The translations under genes and the position numbers were made by a program. Shown one piece after another: positions 37,546 through 46,821 of a DNA stretch of 64,000 nt (the first letter of the stretch is position 1; each line of letters begins with the position of its first letter). Below the pieces are notes generated by a model. That model ran no database searches and was not told the DNA's origin. It saw only the letters and a list, made by a program, of their open reading frames with translations. Source of the DNA: an uncultured Bacillales bacterium (lineage in GTDB: Bacteria; Bacillota_I; Bacilli_A; RF39; UBA660); assembly GCA_946624985.1 (NCBI GenBank), contig CAMOSQ010000001.1:76733-140732 (forward strand), written 5' to 3'.

Positions 37546-38595
37546 ATGAATGTTATTATATCAAATAAAAACAAAGAAATGCTTGATAGGCTTAATATTG
37601 AGGTTATTAAAAGATTAGATGGTGAATACTCTGTTGATGAGATTGTTAATACTTTTCAAAATTTCTTTTTTAATAAAATGATTTTGGATATTACTTCTAT
37701 TAGAGATTATACAAATTTGTCTGTTATTCAAAAGTTTGCTTCTTCTTTTGATCTTAATAAGGTAATATTTCTTTTAGATGCTTCTGTTTCTTCTCCTGAT
37801 TATGTTTCTAAGATTATTTCAATGGGAATTTATAATTTTACTTCTAATTTAGAAGGAATAATGTATTTATTTTATAATCCTAATACTTATAGTGATGTTT
37901 CACAGTATCATCAAATTGATAATATGATTGTTGAGGAAAGTAATGAACCTGCACCTAATGTTTTTGAATTTAGTGGTAATGAGAGTTCTAGTTCTAATAG
38001 TGATGTTGATTCAAGTAATGTTGTTCAAACTAATAGGGAAATAGGTGTTGATAATTCACTTAATGTACAGGATGTTTCTAAGGGTAAAGGTACTAGAATT
38101 ATTGGTATTAAGAGTGTTACACCGGGTGCTGGTTCTACAACTCTTACTTATTTAATGAAAAAACAATTGGAGAAGAAGTATAAAGTTTTGGCTATTGAAG
38201 TTGAGAAACGTGATTTTATCTATTTTAATGATAAGGATTTGGTTTCTAGCGCTAATGGCGTTATAGGTGATTTGCTTACTACAAATAAAGACAAAGATGT
38301 GCTTCTTGTTGATTTAAATGGTAGTCAGGCTGCTGAAAATTTTTGTGATGAGGTTCTTTATTTGATTGAACCATCTATTATCAAGATAAATAGATTATTG
38401 TCTATTAAACCTAAGATATTGAATGAGCTAAAAGGAAAAAAAGTTGTTTTATGTCCTAGTTTATTATCTAATAAGGATGTTAAAGATTTTGAATATGAAT
38501 CTGGTTTAAGTATCTTTTATAATATGGTTCCTGTTGATGATCATTCAAATAGTAATGTAATTAAGGATTTTCTTACAAAGCTTCAGTTCAAATAA
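37546..38595 (+). CDS. TadZ/CpaE-like protein (receiver-like N-domain plus degenerate ParA/MinD-type ATPase domain)
   Basis: IIGIKSVTPGAGSTTLTYLMKKQL is a degenerate deviant Walker A. VLLVDLNGS is Walker-B-like. A low-complexity Ser/Asn linker joins the domains. Confidence 0.45.
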   Translation: MNVIISNKNKEMLDRLNIEVIKRLDGEYSVDEIVNTFQNFFFNKMILDITSIRDYTNLSVIQKFASSFDLNKVIFLLDASVSSPDYVSKIISMGIYNFTSNLEGIMYLFYNPNTYSDVSQYHQIDNMIVEESNEPAPNVFEFSGNESSSSNSDVDSSNVVQTNREIGVDNSLNVQDVSKGKGTRIIGIKSVTPGAGSTTLTYLMKKQLEKKYKVLAIEVEKRDFIYFNDKDLVSSANGVIGDLLTTNKDKDVLLVDLNGSQAAENFCDEVLYLIEPSIIKINRLLSIKPKILNELKGKKVVLCPSLLSNKDVKDFEYESGLSIFYNMVPVDDHSNSNVIKDFLTKLQFK

Positions 38596-38598
38596 TTA

Positions 38599-38627
38599 TT
38601 GACAAATTATCATTTTTATTGTATTAT
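38599..38627 (+). promoter_or_regulatory. Canonical sigma-70 promoter
   Basis: TTGACA, a 17-nt spacer, then TG-TATTAT. Confidence 0.65.
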
Positions 38628-38651
38628 ATTTTTAGTTGAGGAGGATTTTAA

Positions 38652-39023
38652 ATGGGATTAATTCAAATTTTAGATGGATATACAGGTTGTCCAGGTGTTG
38701 CCGAAATACCATATAAACTTATTAATACAGTTTCTACTATTATTAAGGTTATTAAATTTGGTGTGCCAATTCTTTTAATTATTTTTGGTATGTTAGACTT
38801 AGGTAAGGCTGTTGTTGCTAGTAAAGAAGATGAAATTAAAAAAGGGCAACAAATGTTTATTAAAAGAGTTATTTCTGCAGTTTTAGTATTCTTCGTTGTA
38901 GTAGTTGTTCAATTGGTTGTTAATTTAGCATCAACTGATGATACTACTGAGACAGGTAATATCTGGAATTGTGTTAATACATTTGTTAAAGGATGTCCTA
39001 ATAATAAATGTCCTAAAAATTAG
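38652..39023 (+). CDS. 2-TM pilin-like (VirB2/TrbC/Maff2-type topology) protein, paralog 1
   Basis: VPILLIIFGMLDLGKAVVASKEDEIKKGQQMFIKRVISAVLVFFVVVVVQLVVNL, then a Cys-rich tail IWNCVNTFVKGCPNNKCPKN. Confidence 0.5.
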   Translation: MGLIQILDGYTGCPGVAEIPYKLINTVSTIIKVIKFGVPILLIIFGMLDLGKAVVASKEDEIKKGQQMFIKRVISAVLVFFVVVVVQLVVNLASTDDTTETGNIWNCVNTFVKGCPNNKCPKN

Positions 39024-39044
39024 ACTTTTTAAGTCTTTTTTTTT
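39022..39044 (+). terminator. Terminator hairpin
   Basis: AGACTT-TTT-AAGTCT followed by T8. Confidence 0.6.
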
Positions 39045-39130
39045 GTGTAAACATGTTCTTTTATTATATTATTTTCGTTGATTATTTTATTGTTTTATGG
39101 TATTCTAATATTAGAAATGGATGTGAATTT

Positions 39131-39751
39131 ATGAATGCTTCTCAAATTTGTAATATGTTAGATGCAGATTTAATACGTTTTATTCATAATATTATAGTTA
39201 TTATAAAAATTGCAGTACCTGTTATTTTAGTTATTTTAGGTATGTTAGATTTTGCGAAGGGTGTTACTTCTGGTAAAGAGGATGAAATAAAGAAGGGACA
39301 AGGAATATTTATTAAAAGGTTAATTGCTGGTGCTTGTGTTTTCTTTGTTGTTACAATTGTACAGTTAGTAATGTCGTTTGTTTCTAGCGATGATAATAGT
39401 TTTTGGAATTGCGCTAATCAAATATTAAATGGTACTGGTGGTACTACATATGTACCTAGTGGTGTTACTGGAAATAATAGTAATTATACCAATAAACAAA
39501 ATAATCAGGTAAATACTCAAAATAATGCACAGAATAATAGTCAAAATAATGAAAATAAGCAGCCATTTGTTGATGAAAATGCGGGCGAATCTCATACAAG
39601 TAATAGTGGAAATACTCATGGGGGTGGAGGTTCTAGCTGGGAAGGTAATTCTCCTTCTGGAGGTGCTTCGGAATCACATACTAGTGATAGTGGTTATAGC
39701 CATGGCGGCAATGGAACTAATTATGATACTCAGACTAATGGACATTGGTAA
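39131..39751 (+). CDS. 2-TM pilin-like protein, paralog 2, with an Asn/Gln/Gly/Ser/His-rich tail
   Basis: VPVILVILGMLDFAKGVTSGKEDEIKKGQGIFIKRLIAGACVFFVVTIVQLVMSF, then FWNC. The tail contains the repeat ESHTS[ND]SG..HGG. Confidence 0.5.
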   Translation: MNASQICNMLDADLIRFIHNIIVIIKIAVPVILVILGMLDFAKGVTSGKEDEIKKGQGIFIKRLIAGACVFFVVTIVQLVMSFVSSDDNSFWNCANQILNGTGGTTYVPSGVTGNNSNYTNKQNNQVNTQNNAQNNSQNNENKQPFVDENAGESHTSNSGNTHGGGGSSWEGNSPSGGASESHTSDSGYSHGGNGTNYDTQTNGHW

Positions 39752-39791
39752 TATAATTAATAGTTTAGTTTATATATAAGGAGATATATGT

Positions 39792-41120
39792 ATGGAAAAT
39801 ATTAGTGAAATATTAGAAAAATTAAAGAAAATGTATGAAGAAAGTGTAGATCCTTCTGAATTTAATGGTCTTGTTTCAGAAATGGTTAGTTCTTTAGAAA
39901 TTCTAAAAGAGGAATACGCTAAACGTGCGAATTCTAAAGAAGATATGTTAAAATCTTTTGTGAAATTTTTAGAGGAAGATGAATTATCGCTTGATTATAA
40001 TGAAGAAAAAGAAAAAGTTTTAAAGAATTTTTCTTTGTCTGAATCTGATTTCGACAAGGTTATTGAGCTTAATTCAGGTATCAGTTATATGGCTAAGGTT
40101 AGTGTGGTAGCTGCCGCTTTATTTGCTTCTGAATCTGATTATTATAGGTGTCTTTTAATGTATCATCTTATCGAATGTAAGCATATGAATGACACTATGG
40201 GTGTTATGAAGAAGATGATGTTTATTAATGGTGTTGTTGATAGGTGTAGAAAATGTGGCATTTCTGAGAAAGAAATAAATGAGATGTATGATAGTTGTTT
40301 ATTTAGCAATAAATTCTTTGATGAGTATGAAACTTTTAAAAAGGATTTTTTGACATCTGATTCAAAGAAAGATGAAGGAAAAGATGATTTAGTGGTTAGT
40401 GGTGCGGATAAATCGGATGCACTTGCTTCTGAGCCTAAAGAAAATCCAACACCTGCTGATGCTAAGTTTATTCTTCCTAGTTTGAATGATAATCGTTTGA
40501 GTGATAATCTTGATTCTATTTTTAAAGTTTTAGATTCTGGTGAGCTAGTTAAGACTTCTGAATCTTTAGAAAACGATGTTCCCAAGAATTCTACTACTTC
40601 TGCTTCATTAGATTTTGCAAAGTCAGGTGGATCTGAAAAAGTTGAAATGCCTCAATTTTCTGTTCCTGATGTGCAGGTGTCTTCAGATTTTGAAGAATCT
40701 GTTAATTCTGCTTTTGATTCAGCTTTAACTGAATTATTAACTGATCGCCCTGATATTGCCGCTAGGGCTAATGGAATTGATACTGATAGGGTTGATACAC
40801 CTGATAGTTCTGAGAAACATGATGTTGATAGAAATAAGAATGATTCTTCAGATTCTCACAGTACTGAGTCGGAATTTAATAATCCTTTTGTAAGAACTAA
40901 GGATTCTATTGTTTGGACAGGCTCTGTTTGGGGTGACTCTGATGATCTTAAATTAGTTTCTCCAAGGAAGAAACCAGCACCTAAAAAGATTGAAAAAAAG
41001 GTAAAGAGAAAGACTTCTAATGAGGAGCATGTTTCTTTACGTAAGAAGATTGTTGATAAGTGTATTAAGTTATTAGGTTTACAAGATGATTATAAGATGA
41101 GTGGAGGAAAGAGTAAATAG
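39792..41120 (+). CDS. Hypothetical acidic protein with a disordered Ser/Asp-rich region and a basic C-terminal tail
   Basis: Long ORF with RBS AAGGAG. The C-terminus reads RKKPAPKKIEKKVKRKTS...RKKIVDK. Confidence 0.5.
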   Translation: MENISEILEKLKKMYEESVDPSEFNGLVSEMVSSLEILKEEYAKRANSKEDMLKSFVKFLEEDELSLDYNEEKEKVLKNFSLSESDFDKVIELNSGISYMAKVSVVAAALFASESDYYRCLLMYHLIECKHMNDTMGVMKKMMFINGVVDRCRKCGISEKEINEMYDSCLFSNKFFDEYETFKKDFLTSDSKKDEGKDDLVVSGADKSDALASEPKENPTPADAKFILPSLNDNRLSDNLDSIFKVLDSGELVKTSESLENDVPKNSTTSASLDFAKSGGSEKVEMPQFSVPDVQVSSDFEESVNSAFDSALTELLTDRPDIAARANGIDTDRVDTPDSSEKHDVDRNKNDSSDSHSTESEFNNPFVRTKDSIVWTGSVWGDSDDLKLVSPRKKPAPKKIEKKVKRKTSNEEHVSLRKKIVDKCIKLLGLQDDYKMSGGKSK

Positions 41121-41121
41121 T

Positions 41122-41340
41122 ATGGTTGATGAAAGAATATATGTAACTTCTGATGGATCTGAATATTTTTTAGGTGAAAGACAGGTTTTTGGTGGCATGC
41201 CTTATCTACTTTTATATAAAAAAGATGACGATGATGTATATATAGCATATGAATCTGATGGTAATTTAGTTTTTATTGATGATAGTTATCCACAGTATTC
41301 TACTATTTTTCAAATGTTGTTTGAAAAGTTTAAAGGTTAA
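41122..41340 (+). CDS. Small hypothetical protein (possibly DUF1292-like)
   Basis: MVDERIYVTSDGSEYFLGERQVFGGMPYLLLYKKDDDDVYIAYESDGNLVFIDD shows a weak resemblance to the DUF1292 pattern. Confidence 0.35.
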   Translation: MVDERIYVTSDGSEYFLGERQVFGGMPYLLLYKKDDDDVYIAYESDGNLVFIDDSYPQYSTIFQMLFEKFKG

Positions 41341-41346
41341 TATTTG

Positions 41347-41374
41347 TTGACAAAAATAAATATTTATGTATAAT
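41347..41374 (+). promoter_or_regulatory. Canonical sigma-70 promoter
   Basis: TTGACA, a 16-nt spacer, then TG-TATAAT. Confidence 0.65.
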
Positions 41375-41397
41375 ATTTGTTCAAAGAGGAGGATGTT

Positions 41398-42387
41398 ATG
41401 AAAGATAGCAAAAAAAAGCATGAAACTATTGAAATAAAGACTGGTGTTGTAGCACAGGTTTGTGACGGTTTTTTAAGAAGAGTTCCTGCTGGATATAGAT
41501 TTACTATGAAAACTTATTCTGGTAGAATTAAGGTATATTCTTCGCCATTTGTTTTTAGGTTGCCTGCAACAGAAGCAAAGTTTATTTGTATTTATACTCT
41601 TGAACGCACTGTTACTTATTCTGATGCTGTTAAGACAGCGGATAATATTACTGTTACTTGTGGGTCTCCCATAAAGTATCATTTTCATATTAATGATGAT
41701 GCTGCAAGTATAAGGAAGGCTTTTAATGAGATTGAGGCTGATCAACGTATTAATGATCTTATTAAAGAAATAATTGATTTAATAGTTAAAAATAGTGAAG
41801 CAAAATCTATAAAGCACGGTTTTAGTGTTTCTCCTACTAGAATACCAAGATGGCTTAGCCCTAATGTTCAGGCTCAAATTGTAAATAATTTTAATATTAT
41901 TAGAAATAAATATGGTGCGGTTATTGAAAATGTTTTAAATGTCGATTTTAATGAACCAAAGGAAATACTAGATGCTGAAACAAAGTCTAAGGCTGCTGGT
42001 ATTGAAAGACAAACAGCGATTGATAATGCTGCAAATGAGGCTAGAATTGAAATTATGAAATCTAGAATAGAATATATAAAGCGTTGTTACAATTATGAAG
42101 CTTTATATCAAGCTTATAAAAAGTTTAATTTATCATCTCATGAAATTTGTGATTTATTAAAAAGAGAGTTTACTAAAGCAAATGTTACAATTATAGAAAC
42201 ACCAGGTGGTTTGGATGCTTTAACTGCTGCAGTTTTGAGTGGATTTAAGGATTATCTAGGCCCTAAAACATTTGGACAGCAAGCTAATGATAATTCTTCA
42301 TCTACAACAAAGGATGATGATGTGAAACAATCATCTTCTAACTATATAGATATTGATTATTCAGATACAAACGGAAGATCTAAATAA
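41398..42387 (+). CDS. Hypothetical protein (329 aa), possibly SPFH-like
   Basis: RBS AGAGGAGGA. It has no TM helix; there is a coiled region around residues 200-230 and a Ser-rich tail. Confidence 0.45.
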   Translation: MKDSKKKHETIEIKTGVVAQVCDGFLRRVPAGYRFTMKTYSGRIKVYSSPFVFRLPATEAKFICIYTLERTVTYSDAVKTADNITVTCGSPIKYHFHINDDAASIRKAFNEIEADQRINDLIKEIIDLIVKNSEAKSIKHGFSVSPTRIPRWLSPNVQAQIVNNFNIIRNKYGAVIENVLNVDFNEPKEILDAETKSKAAGIERQTAIDNAANEARIEIMKSRIEYIKRCYNYEALYQAYKKFNLSSHEICDLLKREFTKANVTIIETPGGLDALTAAVLSGFKDYLGPKTFGQQANDNSSSTTKDDDVKQSSSNYIDIDYSDTNGRSK

Positions 42388-42415
42388 ACTAGCAAATTTG
42401 TTAGTTTATTTTTCT
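42386..42415 (+). terminator. Terminator hairpin
   Basis: AACTAGCA-AATT-TGTTAGTT followed by a T-rich tail. Confidence 0.55.
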
Positions 42416-42492
42416 TTTCTATAAAAAAAAACAATATACAAAACCATAAATATATGATACAATAATAGTAGTATGGGTTTGAAGGTGATTAT

Positions 42493-43980
42493 GTGTTTAA
42501 GTCTTTAAATAAGAGTTTTTATAAATTATTATTTTGTTTTGTTTTATTCTTTTCATGTGTAGAATGTGTTTTTGCTAATTTCTTCGATGATGATTCTGTT
42601 AGTAGTGTATTAGGTAATTGTAATTCTGATAATAAGTGTATTCCTTTATGTGTTTATAAAAATTCATCAAATTTAGATGTTGGAATGATAGGTTATTATT
42701 ATAATAACGGTGAATGGATTATAAGATTTCTTGGAAAACCTAATGGATCTGGTATTTATGGTACATATTATGATAGTTATTATCAGACAGGTGGAAGTTT
42801 AGTTCATGGCGATGTGATTTATGATCCTATTAATGGAAAAAGAGAAGATTGGTATGGTAAAACATTATATAATAATTTATCAAATAATTTTTCTTGTCCT
42901 GCTCGTATGTATATCGATGAAGCTTGGGCTCCTGCTAATTATAATGAGTTGTGTTTTGAAGATAATGCTAAAGATTGTCCGAAATTAAATAATGGTGGTA
43001 CAAAATTTAATAATGCATCTACTCTATCATATTCGTTTGCTACGGAGTATAATTTAGTAATGAAGAAAGCTTATGAATCTTTAAGAGATAAATTTAGTGA
43101 TCACGATGAAACAACAAATAAAAGTAAAGTTGAATTCTTATCTGTTCTAGATTCAGGCTATAAATATGATTCTAGTTTATCAGCTGATGCAAATGCTAAA
43201 AATAACTGTTCTTATTTGAAAGAAAAGGCTGATGGAAAGTATCAAGAATATATGAAAACTTTTGCATCGGAAGATTATTTTAACAAATATTTGAATAATT
43301 TTTTAAATCCGGAGATACAACAAACAGCAAAGACGAATAATTCTAAATTTTCATATGTATATGATTATAAAACTTTGTATAATTTAAAGGTTACTAAGAA
43401 ACTTGGAGTGTATGAAGGTGGTAATTCTGAGGATAGAACTGGCCCTGTAATTGATATGTTTGATGCTGCTTATAATAAAAATGTTAAAGAGGCTATTAAT
43501 TTTGTTAGTAATTATTGCAATGATTCTACAAATACTAAAATAGATATGAGGGTCGATACTGATGGCGATGGTGAACGTGATTCTGATAATATGAATGCTA
43601 TAATTGATTCGGAAAGAGAATCATTTGAAATCAGAAAGTTTGCTGATCCTGAAATTATTGGACTAGATGATCCTGATTCTGTAACTTATGATTGTGGTTT
43701 CTTATCAGATGTTGCTGGCATAATTAGTGATGCATATTTTATAATTGAAATGGCTGGATTAGTTTTACTTATTGTTTTATCAGTTTTTGATTATGTTAAA
43801 ATTTTTTTAAATGATAATTCTGATGAGATGAAGAAAGCTAATACTAATTTGTTTAAAAGATTAATTATTGCTGTTTTATTATTTTTATTACCAGCACTTG
43901 TTAATTTTTCACTTAGAATATTTAAGATTGAGGGTATTAATTCTGAACATCCTTTATGTGTTCAAATTTCAAATAAATAG
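42493..43980 (+). CDS. Secreted Cys-rich protein ending in the 2-TM pilin-like module (paralog 3, C-terminal fusion)
   Basis: Signal peptide LLFCFVLFFSCVECVFA. The C-terminus is GLVLLIVLSVFDYVKIFLNDNSDEMKKANTNLFKRLIIAVLLFLLPALVNFSL, which aligns with paralogs 1 and 2. Confidence 0.5.
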   Translation: MFKSLNKSFYKLLFCFVLFFSCVECVFANFFDDDSVSSVLGNCNSDNKCIPLCVYKNSSNLDVGMIGYYYNNGEWIIRFLGKPNGSGIYGTYYDSYYQTGGSLVHGDVIYDPINGKREDWYGKTLYNNLSNNFSCPARMYIDEAWAPANYNELCFEDNAKDCPKLNNGGTKFNNASTLSYSFATEYNLVMKKAYESLRDKFSDHDETTNKSKVEFLSVLDSGYKYDSSLSADANAKNNCSYLKEKADGKYQEYMKTFASEDYFNKYLNNFLNPEIQQTAKTNNSKFSYVYDYKTLYNLKVTKKLGVYEGGNSEDRTGPVIDMFDAAYNKNVKEAINFVSNYCNDSTNTKIDMRVDTDGDGERDSDNMNAIIDSERESFEIRKFADPEIIGLDDPDSVTYDCGFLSDVAGIISDAYFIIEMAGLVLLIVLSVFDYVKIFLNDNSDEMKKANTNLFKRLIIAVLLFLLPALVNFSLRIFKIEGINSEHPLCVQISNK

Positions 43981-43992
43981 AAAGGAGATATT

Positions 43993-45966
43993 ATGGGAAA
44001 ATTACTTGGATCTATACTTAGGTTTTTATTTTCTTGGATAGACTCAATAGTTATTAAGCTTATTACTATTTTATATAGATTGCTTACTGATTTATCTGAA
44101 TTAGTTTTATATAGCGATAATATTATTAAGTTGATAGGTAGAAGAATTGCTTTGATCTTAGGCATATTTATGTTATTTAAACTTGCTATTTCTTTAATTA
44201 GTTATATGATATCTCCTGATAAACTTAGTGATAGTAAGCAGGGTGGAGGAAAGCTAATTGTAAATGTTTTTATTTCTCTTGGATTACTTATTTCTGTTAA
44301 TTTGATTTTTAAAGAAGCTTATAAAGTTCAAGGGATAATTGTTAATAGTCAAATTATTGAAAAGATATTTTTTGGTAATACGGGGATGGTTAGAAGTAAT
44401 AACGATTATTCTGAAGATTCTGATAATCCTACTGTTAAGATGGATATAGGGTATTATTTATATTCAGGTTTCTTTGTTCCTAATAGTGATGAAGATGTCT
44501 TTGGTGATGTTTGTAACGACATGTGGGATGTATCTGTAGATTGGAAGGATAAAAAAGAGGGACAAGATAAGTCTTGTTATGATACTTTAGATAGTAAATT
44601 AGATAGTGAAATGATGAAGAGTCTTGGTAATGCTAGAAATTCACTTGATATGTCTTATGTATTTTCAGATCATGATTTGATTTTAGCTTCTCCTGCTACA
44701 AAGAAATTCTATTTTGAGTATACTCCTATTGTTTCAACTGCAGCTGGTATTGTAGTTCTTCTTGTTTTACTAAGTTTTGCTATGGATTTGGCTACTCGCG
44801 CTGTTAAATTATTGTTTTTACAAATAATTGCTCCTATTCCTATTATTTCAAATATGGATATGGGAAAAGGACAAGATATATTTAAAAAATGGGGTAAGGA
44901 GTGTATTAATACTTATTTAACAGTATTTATTAGGCTTATAACTATTAATTTTGCTGTATTTATGATTGTTCTTTTAAAGGGAAATTATAAAGATTTATTT
45001 GTTAATAATATATGGCTTAATGTATTTCTTATAATTGGATGTTTAATGTTTGCTAAGCAGGTTCCTAAGTTATTAGAAGATTTTTTTGGAATAAAGATGG
45101 ATGGTATGGCGCTTAATCCACTTAAGAAATTCCAAGAACAGGCTTTATTTGGAAAACAAATTAGTGGAGTTGCAAGTGGTTTAGCTGTAGGTGGACTTGC
45201 AACAGGTGCTGGTTTATTAACTGGTCAAGGTATTCATCGTAAAATTTTCTCTTCTGCTGTTAAGAGTGGCTTTACTGGAGAAAAATTTAGCAAGAATTTT
45301 TCGAATTCTTATGGTGCTATTAGGGCTAGGCATAAGGAACTTGGTTTGATGCATCTTGATGGTGTTGATAGATTTGATGTCGCAAAGGATAAGGCTTTTA
45401 ATCTTACGCATGTTCAAACAAGGATTGAACGTATTAATAGTGTTACAGATGGTTTGAAAGCTATTCAAAGTGATTATGATTCATATGTTGGTATATCTAC
45501 TGGTGTTGATGCTATAGCAAAAGACTTGGATAAGAGAAAGAAGGCTGCAGAAGCTGCTGGTGATTATGCTGAGGCTAATAAATGGAGTGCTGCTTTGGAT
45601 GCAAGGGTAAAAGAAATTGCACAAAACAATGGTAGATTAATGACTAACGCTACACGTATGCAGGTAAATGCTAATGGTACATATACAATTGTTGGTGCTA
45701 CTGCTGCAGATTATCAGGATAATGATGCATTAAAGAATATTGCAGATCATATGACCGCATTGGCTGATTCTATGAATAAAAAAGGTGCTGATTATGGAAT
45801 TGAAGGTTATAAAACAGTTAATTATAGTTTAAATCCTAATGGTGGAATAGATGATATTAAAGGTATTAGAAATCTTGCACAAGGATCTCAACAATCTATT
45901 GAAACTAATTCTAAAAATAGAGAACTTCAAGATATTGCTAAATATTCAGGAAAAGACAAAAAATAA
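43993..45966 (+). CDS. VirB6/TrbL-like polytopic membrane protein with a long hydrophilic C-terminal domain
   Basis: At least six TM helices in the first ~400 aa, including the FLQIIAPIPIISNMDMGKGQDIFKKWGKECINTY loop. It sits immediately upstream of the VirB3- and VirB4-like genes. Confidence 0.45.
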   Translation: MGKLLGSILRFLFSWIDSIVIKLITILYRLLTDLSELVLYSDNIIKLIGRRIALILGIFMLFKLAISLISYMISPDKLSDSKQGGGKLIVNVFISLGLLISVNLIFKEAYKVQGIIVNSQIIEKIFFGNTGMVRSNNDYSEDSDNPTVKMDIGYYLYSGFFVPNSDEDVFGDVCNDMWDVSVDWKDKKEGQDKSCYDTLDSKLDSEMMKSLGNARNSLDMSYVFSDHDLILASPATKKFYFEYTPIVSTAAGIVVLLVLLSFAMDLATRAVKLLFLQIIAPIPIISNMDMGKGQDIFKKWGKECINTYLTVFIRLITINFAVFMIVLLKGNYKDLFVNNIWLNVFLIIGCLMFAKQVPKLLEDFFGIKMDGMALNPLKKFQEQALFGKQISGVASGLAVGGLATGAGLLTGQGIHRKIFSSAVKSGFTGEKFSKNFSNSYGAIRARHKELGLMHLDGVDRFDVAKDKAFNLTHVQTRIERINSVTDGLKAIQSDYDSYVGISTGVDAIAKDLDKRKKAAEAAGDYAEANKWSAALDARVKEIAQNNGRLMTNATRMQVNANGTYTIVGATAADYQDNDALKNIADHMTALADSMNKKGADYGIEGYKTVNYSLNPNGGIDDIKGIRNLAQGSQQSIETNSKNRELQDIAKYSGKDKK

Positions 45967-45983
45967 AAAGGGTGTGATATATA

Positions 45984-46298
45984 GTGAATTATTTAATTCC
46001 TGCTAATACTAAAAAGAGTTTGCTTGCATTTGGATTATTTAATAAGTTTGATTTGATATTATTTGGAAGTGGGATTGCTGCATCTTTGTTATTACTTCTT
46101 TTGTTACCTGTTGAACAGCTTATGTTTGCTATTATTGCTATCCTTCCTGGATTGATAACTGGATTTTTAGTTTTTCCAATTCCTTATTATCATAATGTTT
46201 TAACTGTTATTATTAATTTCTTTACTTTTTTTACTACTAGACAACAGTTTATTTGGAAAGGTTGGTGTGTAAAAGATGGCGAAAGCGACGACAAGTAA
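45984..46298 (+). CDS. PrgI/TcpE/VirB3-like small membrane protein
   Basis: 104 aa. IPANTKKSLLAFGLFNKFDLILFGSGIAAS... plus two TM helices match the PrgI-family layout. It overlaps the next gene. Confidence 0.55.
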   Translation: MNYLIPANTKKSLLAFGLFNKFDLILFGSGIAASLLLLLLLPVEQLMFAIIAILPGLITGFLVFPIPYYHNVLTVIINFFTFFTTRQQFIWKGWCVKDGESDDK

Positions 46299-46821
46299 GT
46301 ATACTGTTGATGATATTCCTGTTAAGGATATTGTTAATGGTACTATTGTTCTTAAGAATAATCAAAAGGTCACTGGTGTTAAAATTGAACCTAGAAATAT
46401 TTTTATTCTTGAACCTAATATGCAAGATATGATTATTACTAATTTAAAAAATGTTTATAATCTTATTGATTATGAGTTTTGGATTATAGCTGCTGATAGA
46501 CCTGTTGATATTAATGTTTATTTATCTCAGTTACAGCTTTTGTATAATGCTACACAAGATGTTGCTAGAAAGAAATTAATTATTCAGGATATGAATAAGG
46601 CTAATATGTTTGTTAATAACAATGTTGTTGATACTGAGTATTATTTATTATTTAAGGAAAAGGATAATGATTTAATTACTAAGAGAATTAAGAATTTGAT
46701 TAATAGTTTTGCTTCTGCTGGTTTATCTACTAAGCAGGTTACTAATGATGATTTAAGAATTATTCTTGATAATTTCTTGAATGGTGGACAAACTACTGGA
46801 TTTGGGACGGTGATTAGTTAA
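46276..46821 (+). CDS. N-terminal fragment/domain of VirB4-type ATPase (separate ORF)
   Basis: DDIPVKDIVNGTIVLKNNQKVTGVKIEPRNIFILEPNMQDMII... is the pattern usually found at the N-terminus of Gram-positive VirB4 (PrgJ/Orf16-type). The stop overlaps the next ATG (TAATG). Confidence 0.6.
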   Translation: MAKATTSKYTVDDIPVKDIVNGTIVLKNNQKVTGVKIEPRNIFILEPNMQDMIITNLKNVYNLIDYEFWIIAADRPVDINVYLSQLQLLYNATQDVARKKLIIQDMNKANMFVNNNVVDTEYYLLFKEKDNDLITKRIKNLINSFASAGLSTKQVTNDDLRIILDNFLNGGQTTGFGTVIS

